64,000 nucleotides of DNA from NCBI RefSeq assembly GCF_963921235.1, contig NC_086108.1:11656001-11720000 (forward strand), read 5' to 3'. The DNA comes from Mobula hypostoma. Lineage: Eukaryota. The translations under genes were made by a program, and so were the position numbers. Under the pieces are notes generated by a model. The model was given only the letters and a program-made list of their open reading frames with translations. It ran no database searches and was not told the DNA's origin. Positions 50,757-61,494 of the stretch are shown in pieces. Every line of letters starts with the position of its first letter. Position 1 is the first letter of the stretch.

Positions 50757-51590
50757 CCATAAGACCATGAGATATAGGAGCAGAATCAGATCATTTGACA
50801 CATTGAGTCTGCTCCACCATTTTATCATGGTTGATCCATTTCTCTCTCAGCCCCAATCTCCTGCCTTCTCCCCATATCCCTTCATGCCCTGACTAATCAA
50901 GAATCTATCAACCTCCCCCTTAAATATACACAATGACTTGGCCTCCACAGGCTGCCTGTTGCAACAAGTTCCACAGATTCACCACTCTGGCTAAAGAAAT
51001 TCCTCCTCATCTCCATCCTAAAAGAATGCCCCTTTATTCTGAGTTTGTGTCCTCTGGACTTGAACTCCTCCACCATAGGAAACATCCTCTCCACATCCAT
51101 TCTATTGAGGCCTTTCAATATTCAATAGTTTCAATGAGATCCTCTCTTCATTCTTCTAAATTCCAGTGAGTAGAGGCCCAGAGCCACCAAATACCCCTTT
51201 CATTCCCAGAATCGTTCTCATAAACCAGAGTTTTGTAAAGTTGCAATGTGTCCTCTTGACTTTTGAACCCAATGGCTTGACTAACAAAAGCAGGCATTCT
51301 ATAAGCTTTCTTCACCACCTTATCGACCTTTGTAGCCATATTCAAGGAGCTATATATTTGGATCCCAAGATCTGTCTGCTCAGCAACATTGTTAAGGATT
51401 TTGCCCTTAGCAATGTTTCCTTCCATTTGCCCTATCGAGGTGCAACACCTCATATTAACCTGGGTTAAATTCCATCTGCCATTGCTCTGCCCATATCTGC
51501 AACAGATCTATATCACACTGTATTCTTTGCCAGCCTTCTAAACTATCCACAACTCCACCAATCTTGGTATCATTCGCAAACTTACTTAAA
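50757..51590 (-). mobile_element. CR1 fragments
   Basis: MKGLNRMDVERMFP...SRGHKLRI and TKVDKVVKKAY motifs. Confidence 0.8.
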
Positions 51591-52252
51591 AGCGAGGATG
51601 TAACTAGTGTTGGATATTGGATGAAGATGAGAGTGGGGGCAGAGACTATTCAACCCAACAAAAGTTAATCCCACTGTTTCCCTCCTACCTCCCTCTCTGA
51701 TCCCAGCATGAATTTAGCTGCATCTTTGCCTTTAACTCCCATCCTGCAACTTGTCAAAGGAGCTCTGTGACTGGCAGCACTCAGAGCTGAGCAGCTATCA
51801 AAGGTTGGCCTGACGTGGGCTTCCAGCTCAGGGAAGAATGGTTCTGAAAGATGACAGTTCTGTGCTGGTGAAGTAATTACCAAGCTCAGAGAGAGAATTA
51901 GCAGGCATGGATTTTTTCATAAAATAGTTCAATTTTTATAGGCCCTGTCAGGTGTCATGACTCAATGTCATTTATAAATAAAAAGGAACACAATCTTGTT
52001 AGAGCTTTTATTGAGCTGCAGATGTTGCCTCATTCCAAGTCTGCACACTTCTCTGAAGTGTTATTGATCTAACATAAATGAACTGCACAGTGTATCTAAA
52101 TATAGTTTAATGCTGCTCATGCATTTTGTTCAATGCTTGCACACCATTGTCATAATCTTCAGAGCAGAGAAACCCTCAGAGGTTGAGACACTGGGTAAAC
52201 CATTGTCTGGCTGTGTTCTGCAGAGGCAGGGTGTAGGTGATTCTGTCAGCAT

Positions 52253-55035
52253 AAGACCTAAAGGCCGTAAGGTATAGGAACAGAAATAGGACATTTGGCC
52301 CATCAAGTCTGCTCCACCATTTCATCACAGCCGATCCATTTTCCTTCTCAGCCCTAAATTCCTGCCTTCTCCCCATATCCCTTCATGCCCTGACTAATCA
52401 AGAATCTATCACCCTCCACCTTAAATATACCCAATGACTTGGCCTCCATACCACCTGTGGCAATGAATTCCACAGATTCACCAACGTCTGGCTAAAGAAA
52501 TTCCTCCTCATTTCCGTTCTAAATGGACGTCCCTCTATTTTGAGGCTGTGTCCTCTAATCTTAGATTCCCCTACCAGAGGAAATATCCTTTTCATATCCA
52601 CACTACTTAGGCCTTTCAATGTTCAATGTGTTTCAATGAGAACCCCCCCCCCCTTTCTTCTGAATTCCAGGGAGTAGAGGCCCAGAGCCATCAAACACTC
52701 TTCATATGACAAGCCTTTCAATCCCGCAATCATTTTTGTGAACCTTCTTTGAACCCTCTCCATTGTCAGCACACCCTTTCTTTGATAAGGGACCCAAAAC
52801 TGCTCACAATACTTCAAGTGCGGTTGCATCAGTGCCTGATAGAGCCTCAGCGTTACATCCTTGCTTTTATATTCTCGTCCTTTTAAATGAATGCTAACAT
52901 CGCAACTGCCTTCCTCACCACTGACTCAAGCTGCTAATTAACCTTTAGGGACTACTGTATGAGAACTCCCAAGTCCCTTTGCATCTCAGATTTTTGAAAT
53001 TTTTCTTCATTAAGAAAATAGACTACCCTTTTATTTCTTCTGCCAAAGTGCATGACCATACACTTCCCGACACTACTCCATCTGCCCCTTCTTTGTCCAT
53101 TGTCCTAATCTGTCTAGGTCCTTCTGTAAAATCTCCATTTCCTTAAAACTACTGGTCCCTCCACCTATCTTCGTATCATCCACAAACTTGGCCACAAAGA
53201 CATCAATTTATCATTCTAGTCATTGATATATAACGTAAAAAGAATCAGTTCCAACAGAGACCCTTGTAGAACACCAGTAGTCACCACCAGCCAACAGACC
53301 CTTTAATCCCAGTCTTTGCCTCCTGCTGTGTTGGCACATGGCCAGATGTTTAAGGCGTTGGTCTAGTGATCTGAAGATCACTAGTTCGAGCCTCAGCTGA
53401 GGCAGCGTGTTGTGTCCTTGAGCAAGGCACTTAACCACACATTGCTCTGCGACAACACTGGTGCCAAGCTGCATGGGTCCTAGTGCCCTTCCCTTGGACA
53501 ACATTGGTGGCATGGAGAGGGGAGACTTGCAGCATGGGCAACTTCTGGTCTTCCATACAACCTTGCCCAGGCCCACGCATGGGCAACTTCTGGTCTTCCA
53601 TTCAACCTTGCCCAGGCCTGTGCTCTGGAGACCTTCCAAGCCACAAATCCATGGTCTCAGGAGACTAACGGATGCCTATATATATATATAGCCTCCTGCC
53701 AATCTGCCAATGCTTTACCCATACTAGAGTCTTTCCTGTAACATAACTTCTTATCTAGCCTCATATGTAGCACCTTGTCAAAGGCCTTCTGAAATTCCAA
53801 GTACACAACATCAACCAATTCTCCTTTGTCTATTGTGTTGGTTATTTCTTCAAAGAATTCCAACATATCTACAGGGAAGATTTTCCCTTCAGGAAACTAC
53901 ACTAACTATAGCCTATTTTGTCAAGTGCCTCTAAGGCACATTCAATTCACATCCAGAGGATTAACATTCAACTCCAACATCTTCCCAACCACTGAGGTCA
54001 GACTAAATGGCCTATAATTTACTGTGTTCTGCCTCTCTCTCTTCTTAAAGAGTTGAGTGACATTTGCAATTTGTCATTCCTTCAGAACCATGCTAGAATC
54101 AATTGATTCTTAAAAGATAATTACTAATTCCTCCATAATCTCTTCAGCCAACTCTTTTAGAACCCTGGGGTGGATATCATCTGGTCCAGATGACTTATCT
54201 ACCTTCAGACCTTTCTGTTTCCCAAGGACCTTCTCCCTAGTAATGGCAACTTCACACACCTCTGTCCCCTGACACTCTTGAACTTCCATCATGCTGCTAG
54301 TGTTTTCTACAGTGAAAACTGATGCAACATACTTATTTAGTTCATTACTACCTCATTTTCCAGTAGTCTGAGATCCACGCTTGCCTCTCTTTTACACTTT
54401 ATGTTTCACTTTATGTTTCTGAAGAATCTTGGTATCCTCTCTAATATTATTGGCTAGCTTATTTCGTATTCCATTTTTTCCTTCTCAATGACTTTTTCAG
54501 TTGACTTCTGTTGGTATTTATAAGCTTCCCAATCCTTTAACTTCCCACTAATTTTTACTCTACTATATGCCCTCTCTTTGTCTTTTATGTTGACGTTGAT
54601 TTCTCTTGTTAGCCACTGTTGTGTCATCTTGCCTTTAGAATGCTTCTTCCTTTTTATGATGTTTTTGTGCACCTTCCAAACTGCTTCCAGAAATTCCAGC
54701 CATTGCCGCTCTGCCATCATCCCTACCAGTGTTCTTTTCCAATCAATATTGGCCAGCTCATCTCTCATGCCTCTGTAATTCCCTTTACTCCACTGTAAAA
54801 CTGATACATCTGACTTTAGCTTCTCCTTCTCAAATTGCAGGGTTAAAGTATTACGATCACATCGCCTAAGGGTTCCTTTTACTCTAGCTCTCTAATTAAT
54901 TCCAGTTCATTACACAACACCCTATCTAGAATAGCTGATCCCCTTGTGGGCTCAACTATGAGCTGCTCTAAGAATTCTTCCTCTTGGGATCCAGCACCAA
55001 CCTGATTTTTGCAATCTACCTGCGTATTGAAAAAT
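52253..55035 (-). mobile_element. Degraded CR1 LINE
   Basis: Fragments PHLKYCEQFW, FQKAFDKV, KSSGPDDIHPRVLKE and MRDELANIDW. Confidence 0.88.
53327..53690 (+). mobile_element. tRNA-derived CORE-type SINE with (TA)n tail
   Basis: A-box-like tggccagatg, B box gttcgagcc, CORE-like tgtgtccttgagcaaggcacttaacc; perfect 9-bp TSD gcctcctgc at 53318-53326 and 53691-53699. Confidence 0.82.
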
Positions 55036-55149
55036 GGGGACTACTGCAGACACTGACATGAAGGTGTTGGGGAAATGATTGCAGGTGCAATACAACACCT
55101 GTAGGGGGAACTGACTGATCAATAACAATGTGGAATTACACTGCTGGGG

Positions 55150-55520
55150 TCAGATGAAAAGGAGAAGGAGAAACACACAGGGAGAGGGAGAGGTGGAGGT
55201 GGATGGTGAGAGGAGTGGGAATGTGTGAGGGGGAGTGGGGAGAGGGTGTGAAGGGGTGAAGGGGAAGGGAGAGAATGAAAGGGGGTGTGGGAGGGAAAGA
55301 GAGAGAAAGGGAGAGAGGGAGATGAAGAGAGGAAGGAGAAAGGGAGCGAAAGATAGGAGAATTGGAGAGAGTGGGAGAGAGAGGGTAAAGCAGTGTGAGA
55401 AAGATGAGAGGGAGCACAGAGAAGAGAAACATGGACAGATTGCTAAAGACAGGGAGAGAGTGGGAGAGAGTGAGAGAGAGGAGCATAGGGTGAGCAGAGA
55501 CAGAGTGATAGAGGATTAGG
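55150..55520. repeat. Purine-rich (GA) low-complexity tract
   Basis: Seen directly. Confidence 0.85.
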
Positions 55521-55648
55521 AATACTTGGGGCTTTTACATGGAGTCACACATTTTACACATGGTTCCTCTGGCTATCTGACAGGACTGACAACAGTCACC
55601 AGAGGTCTGGGGTTATCCATGAACTGGAGCAGTTTTACATTTTAGATT

Positions 55649-57596
55649 GGATATATGGTCCACAAACCTGCCTGTCCTGGCAGACCTATTGTCTCAGCTT
55701 GCTCCTGCCCCACCAAACTTGTTTCTGCATACCTCAACACGGTTTTATCCCCCCTTGTTCAATCCCTTCCTACCTATGTTCGTGACACTTCTCACGCTCT
55801 TAAACTTTTCGAGGATTTTAAGTTCCCTGGCCCCCAACGCTTTATTTGAACCATGGATGTCCAGTCCCTATATACCTCCATCCCCCATCAGGAAGGTCTC
55901 AAAGCTCTCCGCTACTTTTTGGATTCCAGACCTAATTAGTTTCCCTCTACCACCACTCTGCTCTGTCTAGCGGAATTAGACCTTACTCTTAATAATTTCT
56001 CCTTTGGCTCCTCCCACTTCCACCAAACTAAAGGTGTAGCTATGGGCACCCGTATGGGTCCCAGCTATGCCTGCCTTTTTGTTGGCTTTGTGGAACAATC
56101 TATGCTCCAAGCCTATACTGGTATCTGTCCCCCACTTTTCCTTCGCTACATCGACAACTGCATTGGCGCTGCTTCCTGCACGCATGCTGAGCTCGTTGAC
56201 TTCATTAACTTTGCCTCCAACTTTCATCCTGGCCTCAAGTTTACCTGGTCCATTTCCGACACCTCCCTCCCCTTTCTAGATTTTCTGTCTCTATCTCTGG
56301 GGACAGCTTATCTCCTGACGTCTACTATAAGCCCACTGACTCTCATAGCTATCTGGACTATTCCTCTTCTCAAATGTCTCTTGCAAAAATGCCATCCCCT
56401 TCTCACAATTCCTCCGTCTCCGCCACATCTGCTCTCAGGATGAGGCTTTTCATTCCAGGACGAGGGAGATGTCCTCCTTTTTTAAAGAAAGGGGCTTCCC
56501 TTCCTCCACCATCAGCTCTGCTCTCAAATGCATCTCCCCCATTTCACGCACATCTGCTCTCACTCCATCCTCCCATCACCCCACAAGGAATAGAATTACC
56601 CTGCTCCTCACCTACCACCCCACCAGCCTCCAGATCCAACATATCATTCTCCGTAACTTCTGCCACCTCCAACGGGATCCCACCACTAAGTACATCTTTC
56701 CCTCCGCCCCTCTCTCTGCATTCCGCAGGGATCGCTCCCTACGCGACACCCTTGTCCATTCATCCCCCCCATCCCTCCCCACTGATCTCCCTCCTGGCAC
56801 TTATCCTTGTAAGTGGAACAAATGCTGCACATGCCCTTACACTTCCTCCCTTACCACCATTCAGGGCCCCAGACAGTCCTTCCAGGTGAGGCGACACTTC
56901 ACCTGTGAGTCGGCTGGGGTGATATACTGCGTCCGGTGTTCCCGATATGGCCTTCTATATATTGGCGAGACCCGACGCAGACTGGGAGACCACTTTGCTG
57001 AACATCTACGCTCTGTCCGCCAGAGAAAGCAGGATCTCCCAGTGGCCACACATTTTAATTCCACATCCCATTCCCATTCTGACATGTCTATCCACGGCCT
57101 CCTCTACTGTAAAGATGAAGCCACACTCAGGTTGGAGGAACAACACCTTATATTCTGTCTGGGTAGCCTCCAACCTGATGGCATGAACATTAACTTCTCT
57201 AATTTCCGCTAAAGCCCCACCTCCCCCTCGTACCCCATCCATTATTTATTTATATACACACATTCTTTCTCTCTCCTTTTTCTCCCTCTGTCCCTCTGAC
57301 TATACCCCTTGCCCATCCTCTGGGTTTTTTCTCCCCCCTCCCCCTTTTCCTTCTCCCTGGGCCTCCTGTCCCATGATCCTCTCATAACCCCTTTGCCAAT
57401 CACCTGTCTAGCTCTTGGCTCCATCCCTCCCCCTCCTGTCTTCTTCTATCATTTTGGTTCCCCCCCCCCACTTTCAAATCTCTTACTAGCTCTTCTTTCA
57501 GTTAGTCCTGACGAAGGGTCTCGGCCCGAAACGTCGACTGTACCTCTTCCTAGAGATGCTGCCTGGCCTGCTGTGTTCACTAGCAACTTTGTGTTG
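55649..57596 (+). mobile_element. Penelope-like element, 5'-truncated (RT, GIY-YIG endonuclease, pseudo-LTR), disrupted
   Basis: RT motifs GRPIVS, MDVQSLY, MGTRMGPSYA and FLRYIDN (YIDD mutated); GIY-YIG VIYCVRCSRYGLLYIGETRRRLGDHFAEH (56469..57212); perfect 15-bp TSD tttacattttagatt at 55634-55648 and 57597-57611. Confidence 0.95.
57504..57539 (+). ncRNA. Minimal type I hammerhead ribozyme in the Penelope pseudo-LTR
   Basis: agtc CTGACGA a ggg-tctcgg-ccc GAAA c GTC gact: stem I agtc/gact, CUGANGA and GAAA core boxes, stem II ggg/ccc, palindromic ACGT stem III, GUC cleavage triplet. Confidence 0.88.
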
Positions 57597-58080
57597 TTTA
57601 CATTTTAGATTATGTTCCCAAAATACCATGCTGATTTAATTCTATCATTATGTACACTAATTCCAATATTAAGATTTTGGTTAATTAAGTTTGATGATCA
57701 TGTCCTACTGATTTGATTCATACAGACATAGAATGGAAGAGCAGGTGAGCAGGTTCTTCAGCCCACAATTCCTGGACAGAGCACAATGCCAATTAAAGTT
57801 AATTCTCTTCTGCCTGATGATCCATATCCCTTCTTTACATGTGCGTATCTGACAGCTTCTAAACACCTCTGTTCTTTCACTAGTCGTTTTCTAGGCACCC
57901 ACCATTCACTGTGTAAAAGAACTTGCCCCACAACATCTCCTTGAAATTCACTCCCACTCTCCTCTTAAATGCATGAGCTCTAATTCATGACAATTCTACA
58001 TTCTGTCAGTCTACGCTGTCTATGTCTCATATAATGAACTCTCATAATCCTTGTGCAGAGTAGAATTTTATACAGAATAT

Positions 58081-58215
58081 AAACACAGAAAACTCTGCAG
58101 ATGCTGGGAATACAAAAAAAAACCACACAAAACACAAGAGGATCTCAGCAGGTCAGGCAGCATCTATAGAGAGGAATAGATAGTCAATGTTTCAGGCCGA
58201 GACCTTGCATCAGTC
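58081..58215 (-). mobile_element. Short Penelope pseudo-LTR fragment with broken hammerhead
   Basis: Reverse complement reads CTGATGCaaggtctcggcctGAAAcattgact...gatgctgcctgacctgctgag...cagcatctgcagag. Confidence 0.72.
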
Positions 58216-58994
58216 CCCAGACACAGCAAAAAGTTCCATCATATCCATTTTACTCCTGACCCATCGAGTTCCTTCAGCTCCTTCAACTGTTCCTCCAAAA
58301 TGCCAGCACCTGCGGTTTAATGCCTCCAGATAAAGACGCAGTGGGGATAGGGGAGAATCACTGAGTGGGTCTGAGGGAAGTTGTAAGTACCACACCCAAC
58401 CATAACCTCCCCCCTCCCACCACCGCTGTCTTGAGCAGTCACTAGGGGTTCAGTTGCTGAATTACATGTATTCATTCTTGAGTTCAGAGCATATACATGA
58501 TGTTTAGAAGTGTTTGTTTGTTGTTGTGTTTGCGCTTGGGGGTGTCCAGAACCTGGTTTAATCTCGCATGCAAATGATGCATGCGATGGGATTCAGCTGC
58601 CCCAGGCAAAATTCATTAAACTAAATTCTCGTGACACAAGCTACGGAGGCATCTCCGAAAACTTCAGCACTTATTGACTCCTTCTTCTCACAGTTACTTT
58701 TCTAGAGAAAAAGATAATCTTACTGATGCACTTGATGAAAACAAATTATGCAGAGCCCTACTAAAATGTACCTGAGCCAAATGAAGAGGCATTGAGTGCA
58801 GCTCCCAGTGGTTCAGGGAGACCAGGTAAACTGATGCTTCCAGGAGGCGGTGGGAATTTACTTGAGGCCCTCCTCCTCCTCCTAATTAGCATCTTCTCTC
58901 CTGGTACAAAATTTAATCATGCATGAAGCCATTTGGCCCATCGAGTCTGTTACACCAACAGAAATTTTCAGATTATAGTTCTATCAAGCATTTA

Positions 58995-59345
58995 GACCAT
59001 TTAGATAGAGGAGCAGAATTACGCCGTTTGGCCCATCAAGCCTGCTCCGTTATTTCATCATGGCTAATCCATTTTCCCTCTCAGCCCTGTTCTCCTGCCT
59101 TTTCCCTGTATCCCTTCATGTCCTGATTAATCAAGAATCTATTTACCTCTGCCTTAAATATACCTAATGATTGGCCTCCTCAGCTGCTTTGGGCAATGAA
59201 TTCCACAGGTTCACCACTCTCTGGCTAAAGAAATTCCTCCTCATCTCTTCTATTCTGAAGCTGTGCCCTTTGGTCCTGGATACCCTCACTATAGGAAACA
59301 TCGTCTCCACTCTATTGAGGGCTTTCAACATTCGATAGGTTTCAG
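58995..59345 (-). mobile_element. CR1 3' fragment
   Basis: MRRNFFSQRVVNLWNSLPK in ORF 59164..59370. Confidence 0.8.
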
Positions 59346-59429
59346 TCATCTGCCAGTATTCTGAAAGCATACCTCTTTCTCTATTTCATTCTGCAAGTGT
59401 TGGTATTATTTATCAAATTAAGTTATTTA

Positions 59430-61490
59430 GAATGAGAATCAGGATCAGCTTTATTATGACCAGTATGCGTCATGAAATGTGTTAACTTAGCAGCAGCGGT
59501 TCAATGCCATACATAATACTGTATAGAAGAAAAAAAAATAATAATAAATAAATAAATTACAGTACACGTAAATTGAATAGATTAAAAATCATGCAAAAAC
59601 AGAAATAATAAATATTAAGAAAGTGAGGCAGTGTTCAAGGATTCAATGTCCATTTAGGAATCGGAAGGCAGAGGGGAAGAAGCTGTTCCTGAATCGCTGA
59701 GTGTGTGCCTTCAGGCTTCTGTACCTCCTACCTGATAGTAACAGTGAGAAAAGGACATGACCTGGGTGCTGGAGGTCCTTAATAATGACGCTGCCTTTCT
59801 GAGACACCGCTCCTTGAAGATATCCTGTGTTCTTTGTAGGCTAGTACCCAAGATGGAGCTGACTAAATTTACAACCCTCTGCAGCTTCTTTCAGTCCTGT
59901 GCAGTAGCCCCCCATACCAGACAGTGATGCAGCCCGTCAGAATGCTCTCCATCTTTAGAATGGTACATCTACAGAAGTTTTTGAGTGTTTTTGTTGACAG
60001 ACCAAATCTCTTCAACCTCCTCATGAAGTATAGCCACTGTCTTGCCTTCTTTATAACTGCAGCGATATGTTGGGACCAGGTTAGATCCTCAGAGATCTTG
60101 ACACCCAGGAACTTGAATCTGCTCACTTTCTCCACTTCTGATCCTTCTATGAGGATTGGTATGTGTTCCTTCGTCTTACCCTTCCTGAAGTCCACAATCA
60201 GCTCTTTCGTCTTACTGATGTTGAGTGCCAGGTTGTTACGGCGGCACCTTTCCACTAGTTGGCATATCTCACTCCTGTACGCCCTCTCGTCACCAATTGA
60301 GATTCTACCAACAATGGTTGTATCATGAGCGAATTTATAGATGGTATTTGAGCTATGCCTAGCCACATAGTCATGGGTATAAAGAGAGTAGAGCAGTGGG
60401 CTAAAGACATGCCCCTGATGTGCACCAGTGTTGATCGTCAGCAGGGAGGAGATGTTAGAACCAATCTGCACAGATTGTGGTCTTCCAATTAGGAAGTCGA
60501 GGATCCAATTGCAGAGGGAGGTACAGAGGCCCAGGTTCTGTAACATCTCAATTAGGATTGTGGGAATGCTGAGCTACAGTCAATGAACAGTATCCTGACG
60601 TAGGTGTTTGTGTTGTCCAGATGGTCGAAAGCCGTGTGAAGAGCCATTGATATTGCATCTGCCGTTTACCTATCGTGGCAATAGGCAAATTGCAATGGGT
60701 CCAGGTCCTTGTTGAGGCAGGAGTTCAGTCTAGTCATGATCAACCTCTCAAAGCATTTCATCACTGTAGATGTGAGTGCTACCTGGTGACAGTCTTTAAT
60801 GCAGCTCACATTATTCTTCTTAGGCACTGGTATAATTGTTGCCTTTTTGAAGCAAGTGGGAACTTCTACCTGAAGCAGTAAGAGGTTGAAAATGTCCTTG
60901 AATACTCCTGCCAGTTGGTTGGCACAGATTTTCAGAGCCTTACCAGGTACTCCATTGGGACCTTCCACCTTGCGAGGGTATACTCTCTTTAAAGACAGCT
61001 TAACATCGGACTCTGAGACAGAGATCACAGGGTCATCAGGTGCAGCAGGGATCTTCATAGCTGTAGTTGTGTTCTTCCTTTCAAAGCGTGCATAGAAGGC
61101 GTTGAGTTCATCTGGTGTTGAAGCATCACTGCCATTCATGTTACTGGGTTTCGCTTTGTTGGAAGTAGTGTCTTGCAAACCCTGCCAGAGTTGCCGTGCA
61201 TCAGGTGTCGCCTTCAACCTCATTCAAAATTGTCTCTTCACCCTTGAAATAGCAAATCATACCTGGTTTTCTAGTACAGGCCTGGGTCACCAGACTTGAA
61301 TGCCACAGATCTAGCCTTCAGTAGACGATGTACCTCCTGGTTCATCCATGGCTTTTGGTTTGGGAATGTGCAGTAAGACTTTGTAGGTACACTCTCATCC
61401 ACACAGGTTTTAATGAAGTCGACAACAACTGCAGCATACTCACCCAGGTTCGAAGATGAATCCCTGAATACAGTTAAGTTCACTGATTCA
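59430..61490 (-). mobile_element. Rex/Babar-like non-LTR retrotransposon, RT region through 3' tail, disrupted
   Basis: ORFs 61271..61483 (FPNQKPW), 60666..61223 (GPNGVPG, FKKATIIPVPKK, ALTSTVMKCFE, LDPLQFAY) and 59869..60546 ([36 protein letters not shown]). Confidence 0.9.
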
Positions 61491-61494
61491 CTGA

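Noticed and set aside
55136..55519. ORFs 55136..55486 and 55235..55519
   Set aside because: Low-complexity GA-tract artefacts.
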